From positions 27,218,001 to 27,282,000 of the forward strand of contig OX597818.1 in the NCBI GenBank assembly GCA_951406725.2: a stretch of DNA of 64,000 nt, given 5' to 3'. The stretch's first letter is position 1. The number at the start of each line of letters is the position of its first letter. The notes below the pieces were generated by a model. It saw only the letters and a program-made list of their open reading frames with translations. It was not told the DNA's origin and did not search any database. Of this stretch, positions 48,780 to 62,899 are shown one piece after another. This DNA comes from Octopus vulgaris. Its lineage: Eukaryota. Position numbers and translations under genes: made by a program.

Positions 48780-51023
48780 GGTTTGTGAATTAACGGCTCA
48801 GCAACGTTTCCTCTGGGGACTTGTTTCAGAAGCTCTTGCAGCAGCTGTAGACGCGGTGTTAGCAGATCGGCGGCTTCTTTGCTAGACTTCTGTCTCTGAA
48901 GCTCGAGCAGCTGCCATTGAAACAGCATTTGTGGTGCGGTGAGTTCTGTGTTGGTCTTCAGTTTCTGCAGCACAAGCAGTCGCAGATAAAATGGCAATAG
49001 TGGTCATGCAAGTGTTTTGCTGGTTGTCTGTTTCGAGAGTTCTTCTGGTGGTCGCATGTTCAGCAGCTTGTTACCGACGGATGGTAGTTTCCAACAATGG
49101 TTCTGAAGCTCAAATTTGTTTTGTTTCTTCTGCTTTGGCAGTATTTAGGCCAATGGTTAACGTCTTCTGTCATGGCATGACCTAAAAAGGGAGGTTGAGG
49201 AACACTTAGTCCCAGTCAGAAGGATAAAAGCAAGCGGCTGATAGGATGTGTGGGTATGAAGCCATAAGCATGTCTTAATGGAGAGATATCCATAAGGTGA
49301 TATAGTAGCAGTACGGTAAGCTTTGTTGCAATGGGAGCCGTCAACGAATCAAATCACTTCTCAAAGGGGCGATTAACATGTTTTCCACTATCTGCATTCA
49401 TTAGCGGATGTCAATCATAGTTTGTTCTATGCTGGAATAAATACATGTATGTGAATTGTCAACAGATAATGTCTAGTAGTTTTACCGTGAAGCCTGAGAT
49501 AACGTTGCTTATCGATTCATGAGGTAGAGGCGTTTGTCAAAAGTCCCTCTATCTATGAATGTGTTCCAATGGCATGAGGTGAAATGGCAAGGAGCAACAC
49601 TAGATGTAATAACAATTTTGTGACTTACCAACTGCAGCTGGATTAAAGGAGGAAGGGATAACTTTGAGAGGAGAGGTTGCTGTGAAAACATTGGAGCAGA
49701 ATCGTGACTGGTGTTAGTGAAAACAAAAGGGTTTTTTTAAGTAAGATGCAGTAGCATAAATAAATCTGAATAATCTGGTGTCACATTGAATGCTGGACCA
49801 ATAACCACATTGATTATGTGGTATGCAGCTTCATTGGGCTTCTGTAGTTCAGTTTCAGTTTTCCAGTCATCCACTGAGTACCGCAATGCCATGAAACTCT
49901 TTGGGTCAAATTGCAAATGTGTATTGAGTTTCGTTGAAATTGGATGACTTTTTGAAAAAATTGATAATTATCGAGTTTTTGTGAAAACCAAACATTATCG
50001 AAGCAGTTATTATGACTAAAACATGTCTTGGAACACACCTAATGCATATCAGCGGTTTGGCCCGGCCTCACCCGAAAGCACTTATACATGGAAACTGTTA
50101 ACAGCACAAAAATATAACTTTTTGAAATGCAGCTTGGGCATTGATTTGATTCAAGAGGTTACCAAGGTTATTGCTTTAACAATGTCACGCCCCAAACCAT
50201 CTTTTCTCAAGTGTAAGGCCTCATGTTTCTGCAGTTCCATGGTAATTTATTAAGACCCATGCAATATTGGTTACTACTGCTAGTGAAATGGATGAAGTAA
50301 GTAGTAAGTACTTACCGGTAGCTTGTGCAGTGCAGAGGCTGTTATTGCTTTAGCTATCTCATGCTACACATAGAAATCGCTTTCATTTATTGCAATGGAA
50401 AGCCTCAGTGCCAGATGTTTACTGTTATTGGCAGTGGCTATTTTGAGGTCACGTGGGGTCATAATGTGTGTGCACCCCATGGTGGAGATTAATTGTTTAT
50501 GCATTGGGGAAGAAATGGGGTCAGTGTTCTGAGAAAAACAAATATGGAGCTACCTCAACAAAGGCATTTTGTTCAAATGTGAGTTTGTCGATTTGTGCTC
50601 AAACAAAACGCAATTTAATGAAATGAACCATGGCATAAAACTTGGGAGAAAGTGCATTTGTTTACTGAGTTTGGTTTAAATCGGCTCAATGGTTCCGGTG
50701 CTATGGCCTGCCTTAAAGGCATTTTTTAAGTCGGTTTTTCCAGTGCTGTGCTCAAATGAAACGGAATTTGAAAAAAATAGTGAAACAAAAAACCTTGGGT
50801 AAGAATGCATAGGTATGTTAAGTTTGATCAAAATCGGATGACTTTTTGAAAAAATAAATAATTATCGATCAAGATTTTGCGAAAACTGAACATTGATTGA
50901 GGCATTTGTTATGACTAAATCATGCCTCGGCACATACCAAATGTATGTCTGAAATTTCAATCAAGTTGGTTAGGTGGAACTCGAGTTATAAACCTTCAAA
51001 CTTACAGTGTGCTTTTATTTTGA
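48780..51023 (-). mobile_element. 5' part of an autonomous-type Helitron with a decayed RepHel N-terminus
   Basis: From ATG 49178 on the minus strand: MP*QK..IG.NT...(RASET..QR.RR.AN..S.AAA) ~23-aa repeats, as seen in invertebrate Helitron N-termini. TC..ATAAAAG..TGTAAGTTTG 5' end near 51023. Internal duplication 49900-50050 vs 50790-50950. Confidence 0.65.
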
Positions 51024-52531
51024 GCCTGTTTAGTGATTCCATATGTAGAAGCTCAGTCATTGGCTCATTGCGTTGGTAGCATTTTTTTTTCTTTGTGAAA
51101 TGTAACAATTGTTTTATTAATACCTTACCTTTCATAACTTGCATAATACATTATACTATTCAGTTATTTTCTATATTCATAAATATGACTAGATATTAAC
51201 AATAAACAATCAGATTTGACCTACTTATTGATGATAACCTGTTAGGAAGTTAGTATACTATAAGAAATGTCATTCTGATAGAAACAAAAGAAAAAATGTT
51301 TATCATATTGAATTAGTTTTCCATGACGTTGGTTTGGTTTATGAAATATGCTGAGTAGCAGGTGTTTCTGATTGACCAGATAGGGAAATTAGATTCTCAC
51401 ACTTTACAATCATCATCATCAAATACCTGAATAATCATTTTTGCCACGCTGGCAATGAATTAATAGTATTATTAGTCATCGAGTTACTTGAATATGTATA
51501 ATTTTTATTGCAACCTTCATTTTTTTTTCTCTTCTGTAGTTAAGTCTCAACTGCTTCTTCTATCATGAAAGGTAGTAATAAATTATTTAATGAACATATC
51601 TTTAATTTCCAAATAGATTTTACCATATTAATCTCTTTTTATAATTAACTATTGATGTCTCCAAATTATGCAATCCTTGCTTATTGTTTTTGAACAATAT
51701 TCATAAGCAATTCCATTTGTAATTTGAAAATGAAACCTACCTGTCATCAAATTTTCTCATACTATTTTACATCTATTTTTCTATAGAGTATTCTTATTTT
51801 ATTGTTTTACTGGTTTGTCATTAGACTGTTGCCTTGCTAGGGCATCACCTGAAGGATTTGGTTGATTATATTAACCTCAAAACTTATTCCAATCTGATCA
51901 TCATCATTTAATGTCTGTTTTCCATACTGGCACAGATTGGATGGCTTGACAGGTGCTGGCAAGCCAGAGAACTGCACTAAATTCTACTGTCTGTTTGGCA
52001 TGGTTTTTATGGCTAGATACCCTTCCTAATACCAACCACTTTACAGTGTGTGTGTGAGGCCTAAAATTTGTGGCAACTTTTAGAAGTATGTTATTCATGA
52101 TGAGATACCATATAATACAAGATTGTTTCTTTGATATACATAGCTACCGAGTATTTGAACTGTTGAAAGATACAATGCTGTCCTCTTCTCATTGATAGAT
52201 GTTCACATGGTTTCTATTTTGGATTCAAAGATGTCTAACATGAGGTGTTTAGGGTTCTATGTATGTGTAGATGTGTAAATGGGGATCAAAGGTAATCTAA
52301 TGTTTCGATAAGCTATAGGGTATTTTGATTTATAAAAATGTTTTGTTAATCATGAGATGTGTTTGTTAAATTATAGTAGTTATGCCAAAACTGGGACTTT
52401 ATTTTAACAATATAAGAAGGATGTAAGACTGTCCTCAATCTGGGATTTGAATTCATAACACAAAAGAATGACCCTAAAACCTGCCAGGGAATTTGTTTGT
52501 AGTTCTACTTATTCTGCCAAGCCACCACCCT

Positions 52532-52562
<31 letters not shown>

Positions 52563-52579
52563 AATAATAATAGTAATAA

Positions 52580-53168
52580 TCCTAAGGATATGAAGACAGG
52601 AGAAGTCCCTGGCCCATCAGGAATCTCTGCTGAGATGCTTAAAATATCTGGCGGTGGAGGTTTACCCATATTGTAAATCAGGTGGTTCACGAAGGAGTCA
52701 TACCCAATGATTGGTGTAGCAGCACCACAATCGACTGCTACAAAGGCAATGGTGATGCCTTTGATAGAAATAATTACAGAGGTATCAAATTACTGGATCA
52801 GGTGATGAACGCTATGGAGAGTCATTGTCCAACTAGGGAGAGAGCTTAGATGAGATGTAGTTGGGTTTTGTGCCAGGGAGAAGCACCACTGATGCTATAT
52901 TTCTGGTGAGGCAGTTGCAACAGAAATATATAGCCAAAGATAAACCTCTGGACTTGGCCTTTGTGTATTTGGAGAAAGCCTTTGACAGGGCCCCCTGATT
53001 CCTTATCTGGTGGTCAATGTGGAAACTAGGGATAGACGAGTGGTTGGTGAGAGCTATACAAGCTATGTACTGGGACACGATCAATAAGGTGAGGGTTGGC
53101 AATGAGTACAGTGAAGAATTAAGGGTACAAGTAGGGATCCATCAATGATCGGTGCCCAGCCCTCTTGT
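52580..53168 (+). pseudogene. RTE-clade LINE reverse transcriptase fragment
   Basis: MKTGEVPGPSGISAEMLK, IPNDW, NYRGIKLL, GFVPGRSTTDAIF and AFVYLEKAFDR. Confidence 0.9.
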
Positions 53169-53169
53169 T

Positions 53170-53700
53170 CAGAATTGATAAAATAAGTACCTGTTGGGGT
53201 CAATGTAATCGACTTATCCCTACCTCACCCAAGCTGCCTTTGTGGCAAAAATTTGAAATAATTATTATGTAGGTGGTGAGCTGGTAGAACTATTAGCTTA
53301 GAAACATTTTGTCCATCTTTACACTGTGAATTCAAATTCTGCCAAGGTCAACTTTGCCTTTCATTCTCTTGGGAGTTGATGAAATAAGTACCAGTTATGT
53401 AATTGGATCGATGTAATTAACTAGCCCCCTTTCCCTGTTTTCAAGCCTTGTGCCTATAGAAGAAAGGATTATTATTAAGGCGATGAATTGGTAGATTTGT
53501 CAGCACACTTGGTGAAACACTTAGTGGTATTTCATCTGCCATTGTGTTCTGAGTTCAAATTCCACTGAGGTCTACTTTGCCTTTGATCCTTTCAGGGGGT
53601 CAATAAATTAAGTACCAGTTGAGCCCTTGGATCGATGTAATCGACTATCCCCTCTCTTGAAATTTCAGGCCTTGTGCCGATAGTAGAAAGGATTATTATT
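53170..53700 (+). mobile_element. Tandem SINE-like units (same family as 36980-37910)
   Basis: GTTCTGAGTTCAAATTCC..GAGGTC.ACTTTGCCTTT..TCC repeated. Confidence 0.7.
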
Positions 53701-56700
53701 ATTCATCCAGCCTATGCTAGCATGGAAAATGGATGTTAACTCAACTAAGTTCAAAGCTGCACTCATAAAGGAAAGCTTTGTTAACTAAACTGACTCCATT
53801 ATTATTAGTGGGTATTTTGACTCTGGATGGAGGAAAAGCAAAGCTAATTCTGGCAGGATTTGAACACAGAATATAGAGGTATAAAATTATATACTTAGGA
53901 ATGTTTTACTTTGTTTCTCTACTATTTCCCCTCTCTGATTTCTTTCAGAAAGGAAACAAGATTTTTATGATCTTACTGGAGGGTAGTATGGTACTAATAT
54001 GTGAACAGGACTTTAATTAGGAAGAAAAAAAATTGGATTGCAGATTATAAAACACTTATTCTCAGTCATGGAAAAAATAAAAGTGTTCCCTTTTGGGCTG
54101 GGTAATGTTGGCTGAGTCAGTTCTCACTGTGTTATTATCCTAAGAGGAATAAGTAGCAAAGTAAGCCTCATCTGGGTTTGAATTTGGAATCAAGAGAAAT
54201 ATAACTAAATATAATAATGCATTGTCTAGTGTTCTATTTAATTAATAACTTTTTATGTTCTGATAATAATTTGTATGTTGGCACAAGGCCATGTATTTGT
54301 CAGGGATATTGTTGATTGAATTGACTCTAGCACTTTTATTTGATCTACTAAGGAGTAATGAAAGAAAAAATTGAACATGATTAAATTAGAGCTCAGAATA
54401 TAATAGATATAGAACTAAATAGTGGAAAATATTTACTCTGATGCTGTACCAGTTCAACCACTTCATTAATAATTTGGATCAAGAAAAAAAAAAAAAAAAA
54501 AATTGAAGTTATTCATACAATTAGGGCTAAAGTGAACCAAGAAGGGATATCTGCTCTGGATTACTTTTGGGAGGCAGCAATTGATATTTGTATTAGGTGG
54601 TATTTTGGGGGAGTAGATGGAATTGAAAGACTACCTCAAGTAATACACAATCTAGCTATACCACTGAGTATCATCATTTTAAGCACATATCATCATTGTT
54701 TTAATGTCTACTTTTCCAAGCTTGCATGGGTCAGATTGGGTACATTGGGGGCAGAGTTTCTATGGTGAAATGCTCTTCTTATTGCCAACCCACTTATTTC
54801 CAAGTAGGTTAGTAATATCCAAGTCTTTTGAGCAACAGACAGCTTGGGCATGTTTTACATGGAGAGCTGGAAACAAAGACGTCCATATGACTGAGCTCTT
54901 TCTTTACAAAGATTGTGCCACGTGTCATGAAATCTGGACATGCTTTCATTGTTGATTGCAAGCAAGAAGCACCATCAAGAAGCCATTGATTATAAATCAG
55001 CAAAAATTGGGGAAATGTAACTCATAGAAACACACACCCATACACAATTCACTTTGGTTTGCTCAGGGCTATAGTTGAAGATACTTGCTCAAGATGCCAT
55101 GCAGTGGGACCAAACTCAAAACCACATGGTTGGGGAGTGAGCTTTTTAACCACACAGCTAAGCCTGTGCTTATGTTGAAAAATAAAATATAACATGTGAT
55201 TCAATTTAACTGATCATCAAATCTAATATATATTTAGAAAGTTATTGAGTAATTTTTTTCACACTACCTATTTACTTATAGTTAATGCCCTAAGCATTAG
55301 ATAATGATGATACTACTTCACCTAGTTTTATATATGTACACACACACGCAAAGATGATAAATATATAGATATATATTAATAAAACATCTATTTTATTAAA
55401 GCACTCTTTTACATTAAAAAAATTATATTAAAAAAAATATTGTGAGGAAATTTATAATAGATTCATGGTTCATTTGGCTTAGTAAGTTTCCTGTTGCTCA
55501 CTCTCCCTTATAGCTATCTACCCACCTTCATTCTCCCATTGGTCCTATTGTATAAGAGACTGCAATGGTTCACCTCATCTCTCTGACTTCTCCATTAACT
55601 AAACCTGCATGTTATAGACTGCATCAGTCTGCCCTCTCCCTTCACTAGGCAGATGTTTAAGTGCATCAGGCCACCTTCATGCCTCTATAATTCCTTTCCA
55701 CTAGTGCATCTCCCTTTCCCTCTTGCTCTTTTTTACTACCAGCCATCACGCTCTCCCACCCCTCACCTAATTTTTTTTTATCATGCCACCCACTCTCTAA
55801 TCTTTATCTTATTCCATCATCCACCCTTACATTTTCACCCTTCTGGCATCAACCATGTTTGGATAGTGCTTTTTACGTGCCACTGGTACGGGGGGGAGCC
55901 AGTTGGGCAGCTCTGGCAGCAACCCATGCATGTTGATAACCTTCAGTGATATTGGACATGAAAGAAGAGTATTACAAAGAATTCATATGCCTACCTCTTC
56001 ATTACAGCTGAATATCCTTATTTGATTTTGAACCTCATTAGGATATCATTATTGTATAACGTCTGTTTTCCATGCTGGCATGGGTTGGACAATTTGACAT
56101 GGAGCTAGCTACTTGGGAGCTGTCCAGACTCCAATTGTCTATTGCTGCATGGTTTCTATGGCTGGATGTCCTTCTTAATGCCAACCCTTAACAGAGAAAT
56201 AAGTAGCCAATTTGTTTAGATATATAAAGGGAAAAAATACCCATGAAGCCGAGCAAAATTGCAGTTGTGGAAGATATGGGCCTCATGGAGGCAACACACT
56301 GTCATTTTAGCCAATTTTCTGCTCACAATGTGTACTCCTTGATTTCTAACATTACCTGACCTCATATTTGTTGAGGAAGGATACAGTTAATAAAATCAAT
56401 TTATCACTGGTATTTATTTATTTTACTGATATCCAAGGTAAGAAATACCAGCATTGTATGTTCATAATTTTAATTTTTTACATTGATACACACACTAGCG
56501 TAGCTAGAATGTGTGCCACCAGACCTCACAAGAATCACACATTGTCTACTACAGACCCAAAAGTTCCACCTGGGGAGGATCACCCTCACTCCCCAGCTAT
56601 GCTAGTGGATACATGTTGGGAAGGAGAAGTATAGTTGACTTGATTGGCTTATGAAATTTACTTCCTTTCTTGGGGGAACGAAAGCAAAGTTGTTGCTGTG

Positions 56701-56883
56701 AGATTTTAATTTGAAATCTGAAAATAAAATGAAACATTGTATGTGCATGGTTTCTGCCACTCTATTGTTGTGTTCCACAAAGTCAGTTGAGCTGGACAAA
56801 ATGATTTATCTTATGTCTTCATATGTTCTGAGTTCAAATCCTGTCATGGTTGATGTTTCATTCTTTCAGGAGTGATAAAATTA

Positions 56884-58151
56884 TCAGGTCATCCCATAAG
56901 TTCTGTCCGATGTTACTTTTTTAAAATCGAATGAAATCTAATAGTAATTTAGAATGTCTAATGGAATTAAAAATTATTTTTATGCATTTGTGTACATTTA
57001 AACTAATTAAATATTATTTTACAGAATAATAGAATTAAAATTTCTTTGATTAAAACCCTTTCTAATATGAATCCAAAGAGCATTTGAGGCACATAATGCT
57101 TTATGAGTACCAAAAAGGAAACTCTGCAGCCAAAGCGGCTTGAAACATACACTAGTTTATGGGAAAGAATGCTTGAATGAAAGAACTTGCAGAAGATGGT
57201 TTGCAAAATTCAAAAGTGGTGACTTCAGCCTTGAAGATGAAGATTAAACAGGATACCCAGTTGAGTTTGAAAAGCTCCTTGAAGCATTACTTGAAGAAAA
57301 TCCTGCATTATCAGTTGAAGAATTGGCAATAAAGCTTAGTTCAAACAAAACAACTGTTCATTGTCGTCTTCAACAACTTGGAAAGGTTCCTAAACTTGGA
57401 AAATGGGTGCCTCATGAATTGTCCATAAGCAACGGCAAATTCTGCTCTTCTCTCCATTCTCGTGAACTAATTTCACCCTTTTTGGACAGACTTGTGACTG
57501 GTGATGAAAAATGGATCTTCTATCAAAATTTTAAATGTCGTAAACCGTGGCTTGGTAAAAGGGAAAAAGCTCAACCATAACCGAGAAGGGAACTTCATGG
57601 GAAAAGGTTCTTCTCTCTCTATCTGGTGGGATTGCAAAGGAGTAATTCACTTTGAATTGTTACCACCTAATGCAACAATCAATGCTCAAGTCTACTGTCA
57701 GCAATCAGAGCATTTGAACCAAGTTTTGAAGAAAAAAAGACCCACATCAGTAAATTGAAAAGGAGTGATGTTTCATCAGGACAATGCATGACCCCACACT
57801 GCAAAGATCACATCACAGAAGATTGAAGAGCTTGGTTGGGAAAAAATTCCTCGTTCACCTTATTCTCCCAACTTTGCTCCTTCAGACAACTATTTGTTTT
57901 GTAGTTTACAGAATCATTTGGGGGACATAGCTTTTGCAAGCCAGGAGGAGGTCGAAACTGACATTTCAGAAATCTTTGTTTTGAAACCAAAAGAGTTTTA
58001 CATTGATGGGATTAAAAAGCTTGTAAATAGATGGAAGGAAGTCATAGATAATGAGGGAAAGTACATTGATGATTAAATGTTAATTAAATATAACATTTGG
58101 TCACTTGTTTTCTTTATTCAAAATTTGGACAGAACTTATGGGATGACCTAA
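56884..58151 (+). mobile_element. Full-span mariner transposon (1268 bp), transposase pseudogenised
   Basis: TIRs T(C/T)AGGTCATCCCATAAGTTCTGTCC, TA TSD, and motifs WVPHEL, VTGDEKW, FHQDNA and YSPNFAPSD. Confidence 0.95.
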
Positions 58152-60489
58152 TAGTAGCTGTTGATCATTGCCCAAAATTTGCAGCTCCAATATTGGTTAA
58201 AAAGGGTTGTGAGTTGGCAGAAGTGGTGATCTGAATAAATTGCCTTGCAATCTGATTTCTGGGGGCAATAAAATAACATTCTGGGATATTAATTTTGTTG
58301 GCTGTTTCTTTTCCCTACAGAATTTGGCCTGTGCTGAGGTGAAAACTAATGTATTTTTAGTATGGAATTTTGAGTTTAATGAGAAAGCTAAAATTAATTA
58401 AGCAAATATTAAAAAGAAACAAAAAAAAACATTTAGTATTTATATTCCAGAGTTCATTTGAATGATTAAAAAAGAAAATGGAAAAAAGTAAAGCAAATCA
58501 GATACTAGAAAAGTAAATTCTTTGCATTAATTTTATGTGGCAATAAATAGATTTTAATGCATACCAAGTAAGTGGCTGAGTTTATTGAAAGGACGAAAGT
58601 CTGAATTATGTCTTGAGGGTGATAACATTCCAGTATTTCTTTGGTTTTCTTTTTACTATGTTCTTTATTTCCTTCCCATCTATCTTTCCACCTTTATTTA
58701 CTCTTAACTCTCAACCACTACGTTGCTTCAGTGACTCACTTTATTTACTCATACATCTTGATACTCTCTCTCTCTCTCTCCACATACAGCTGCCCAAATA
58801 TTCACCCTTTCAGTGTAGCTATGTAAAGATTGTGGTTATCAATCGTTTACTCTTGTCAATTATTTAGCTATACATTTCTCAATTCGTACTCCTCTCTACT
58901 CTTGCTATAGATTTCTTTTAATACTTCTTCATTTGTGTGACTAGGTTTACATTTACTCATTTTTTTCTCCGCCACTAGCTCCTCTTTACCAATATTCTAT
59001 CTTATCTTGCACCTCTCCTCATCTAGCTGTCTATTCTCTACATTTACTCATACCTCATATCGCTTTGATCTCTACATTTCTCTTCTGTCCCTCTGACATG
59101 GTGTCTTGCATTATTTATTCTTCCTTATATCCAATCTAATATGTAGTTTTCTAGTTTTAATACTCTATCCTTGTCTTTATCTTTACTCAACTCTTCAATT
59201 TAGTGACGTATATTTACACACTCCTCCGATTTACTTAGGTGTGTTTACTTTCTATTTCACTTATGTAGTTATTTCTCTAACCGCGTTTACACCCATACTT
59301 TGTAACTTTCCTGTCTTTATCCACTCTCCAATTTAACTGAAATCACTGTTTCTATACTATTAAAATTTTTGCCTTTTTTAGCTTGCTTCTGCCATAAGTC
59401 TGTTTTAACTCTGTCATCTTCTTCCGTTTTTCTTTATTAAGCATGTTACGACGCTTTCTCTTAGTCAGATCTAGTTATATGTTTCTGCTTTCCCCCCTCT
59501 CTTGCCACTTGTCTTAACTATTTGAGCAGTCTGCAACTGTAGATCTTCCCTTCTCTTGCCCAAATAATTTATCCCTTCCTCCTCTCAATATAATCTCCAT
59601 TCCTACATTACTCACTGCTAATGTAGTTCAGCCGCTGTGCTGTCGCTTCCTCTGTTTCTCCTACTACTATGTTGTCATAGCGTTGCTATTATCTTTCTAA
59701 TGTAAATCATTCACTCCTCAGTAGTTCTCAAACTGATTAATACCCGTCCCCTTCCCTTCATATAATGCAAAGTTTTGCGCCCTTCATAATTCTTTCTTCG
59801 CTATGGTACTGGACAGTTAAAAAAAAAACTTAATTTTTATTTAACAGGGCAGTTTATCTACCTTTTCAGTCTTCACAGGCTGCTCTCTATATGAAGCCGG
59901 TCTGACGGAAGGTCAAACCAAAATGGCTTGCTCGATCTGCTAAAAATAGCAGCCAAATCTATATCAACACACATCCTAGCGTATTCAAGAAGGAAGGATG
60001 CGGTCCTAGATATATTGAAAAAAAGACGCGATCGTCATAACTGGAATGTCTGGTCGCAAGTCTCCTTAGGATTGACCTGTGACGAAGTTGACAACGGTAG
60101 AGATGGTTACTATAGTAACTAATAGTTGGGGTAGTAGTAGTTGTAGTTAAAACCTTCCTCTTACTATTCTTACTCGATTTTTTTGCATATTTAGCAGCCA
60201 TCGGCGAGTTTGATAATGTTAACGTTTTAGAATACTGAAAAAAAAATCATGGGTACTTTTTGGTTATCTCACTCCTATTGAAAAAATTGGGTTATCTCCC
60301 CCAACTAAAAAAATTGTTTAACCCTCAATAAAACAAAAAGAAAAAACAAAAAAATTAATAAACATGAAAATCAAAAAGATTAAACGTCTTATTGAATCTG
60401 ATAATATTTTAATAATAAATCATACAAAACTGAAAAAAATTAAACATCTTATTGAATCTAATAACATTTTTATAACAAATCATCACATA

Positions 60490-60640
60490 GTTCCACTGCG
60501 TGGCACCTTGGGCAAGTGTCTTCTACTTTAGCCTCGGGCCGACCAAAGCCTTGTGAGTGGATTTGGTAGACGGAAACTGAAAGAAGCCCGTCGTATATAT
60601 AGCGGTGTCAAATGGACGCCTGACGGACTGGTCTGTCAAA

Positions 60641-60691
<51 letters not shown>

Positions 60692-60918
60692 GTGTGTGTG
60701 TGTGTATATGTTTGTGTCTGTGTTTGCCCCCCCCCCAACATCACTTGACAACCGATACTGGTTTGCTTACGTCCCCGTAACTTAGCTGTTCAGCAAAAGA
60801 GACCGATAGAATAAGTACTAGGCTTACAAAGAATGTCCTGGGGTCGATTTGTTCGACTAAAGGTGGTGCTCCAGCATGGCCACAGTTAAATGACTGGAAC
60901 AAGTAAAAGAATAAAGAG
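60490..60918 (+). mobile_element. SINE with internal (TA)n/(TG)n
   Basis: Well-preserved copy of the family seen at 14935, 46440 and 47612. Confidence 0.8.
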
Positions 60919-61074
60919 TAGGCCTATTGAGGAGGCCAAAAGTCAACAATGTATTGAAGTATTGAATCAAAAAGATCTAACCCTTTTAATTCAATCTCTT
61001 GTCACTACATAAACTCAATATTTTAGTGGGGTGAGATAAGCAAAAAGTACCAAATTATGTACTTCATATTGTAT

Positions 61075-61320
61075 ATCATCATCGTTTAATCATCATCATC
61101 GTTTAACGTCCGTTTTCCGCGCTAACACGGGTTGGACGGTTCGACCGGGGTCTGGGGAGCCAGGGGCTGCTCCAGTCTGATCTGGCAGTGTTTCTACAGC
61201 TGGATGCCCTTCCTAACGCCCACCACTCCGTGAGTGTAGTGGGTGCTTTTTACGTGCCACCTGCACAGGTACCAGAGGGGTCTGGCATCGGCCACGTTCG
61301 GATGGTGCTTTTTATGTGCC
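61075..61320 (-). mobile_element. RTE 3' UTR fragment with (GAT)n tail
   Basis: CATCATCATCGTTTAACGTCCG...GGATGCCCTTCCTAACG. Confidence 0.75.
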
Positions 61321-61341
61321 ATATATATATATATATATATA

Positions 61342-62512
61342 TCATCATCATTTAACGTCCACTTTCCATGCTAGTATGGGTTGAACAATTTGACTGAGGA
61401 CTGGTGAACCAGATGGTTGCACCAGGCTCCAATCTGATCTGGCAGAGTTTCTGCAGCCGGATGCCCTTCCTAACGCCAACCACTCTGAGAGTGTAGTGGG
61501 TGCTTTTATGTGCTACCAGCATGAGGGCCAGTTAGGCGGTACTGGCAACGGTCATGCTCAAATGGTGTATTTTACGTGCCACCTGCACAGGAGTCGGTCC
61601 AGCGGCAGTGGCAACGACCTCGCTCGAATGTTTTTTTCACGCGCCGCCGGCACAAGGCCAGTAAGGCGATGCTGGTAGCGATCATGCTCAAATGGTGCTT
61701 TTTATGTGCCACTGGCATGGAAGCCAGACATCTGCTCTGGGAGTGATCCCAACCAGGTGGAGCTTTTAGTACTCCACTGGCACGGGGTGCCAGTCATCGA
61801 ATTTGGTTCAATTTCGATTTCACTTGCCCCAACAGGTCTTTGCAAGCAAAGTTTAGTGTCCAATGAAGGAAGTTTGGTATGGGTGCCAGTTGTTGAATTT
61901 GGTTCCATTTCAATTTCACTTGCCTCAGCAAGTCTTCGCAAGCAGAGTTTTGTGTCCAAAGAAGGAAAGGTATGCATAAGTGGGCTGGCTACACCCCTGT
62001 TAAAGGCCACAGGTTATGGTCTCACTTGTCTTGCCAGGTCTTTTCACGCACAGTATATTTCCAAACGTCTCGGTCACTAGTCATTGCCTCAGTGAGGCCT
62101 AATGTTTGAAGGTCGTACTTCACCACCTCATACCAGGTCGTTCTGGGTCTACCTCTTACACAGGTTCTCTCAACCAAAAGGTGTGGCACTTTTTCACACA
62201 GCTATCCTCATCCATTCTCGCCACATGACCATACCAGCGCAATCGTCTCTCTTGCACACCACATCTGATACTTCTTAGGTCCAACTTTTCTCTCATGGTA
62301 CTTACACTCTGTCGAGTATGCACACTGACATTACACATCCATCGGATCATGCTGGCTTCATTCCTTGCGAGCTTACGCATGTCCTCAGCAGCCACAACCC
62401 ATGTTTCACTGCCATGTAGCATGACTGTTCGTACACATGCGTCATACAGTCTGCCTTTTACTCTGAATGAGTGGCCCTTTGTCACCAGCAGAGATAAGAG
62501 CTCTCTGAACTT
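61342..62512 (-). mobile_element. 5'-truncated RTE-clade LINE (ORF C-terminus + 3' UTR + (GAT)n tail)
   Basis: KGRLYDACVRTVMLHGSETW...MIRWMC...RRLRWYGHVARM. Confidence 0.92.
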
Positions 62513-62899
62513 TGGTTGTTTAACCAGCACGTTAAACAAATGGTTGATTAGTTATTTAATCAATTAACTAACAATAAAGAAATGTTATTGAACCAGCGTG
62601 TTTGTTATTATTGGCATAATGATCCTCCCAAGACAAGATTTGTTTCAACACACAAATTCACATCAAGAATCTTGCAAATTAAATACAAAAACAAAGTAAT
62701 CAAGGCCGTCATTTCCCAAAATGCATAGAAAATAAATAAGTAATTGAAATTCCTATACAGACTTAGAAAATTTTTATATTTATATGTACTGGACAATTTT
62801 ATAAAGTTCTCATGCATTTTCACATGTATATGAGTATATTTATATATTATTTCAGTCAGAGGCTGTGACCATGCTGGGCACCACCATTAGTATTTTAGA

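Noticed and set aside
51530-58345. Candidate downstream exons after acceptor-like sites at ~51539, ~53948 and ~58320
   Set aside because: Weak or missing donors and no sensible in-frame continuation of the 48.6-kb exon.
59959-60201. 80-aa minus ORF MAAKYAKKSSK...
   Set aside because: Low complexity, runs into a SINE-like repeat, and shows no splice or homology support.
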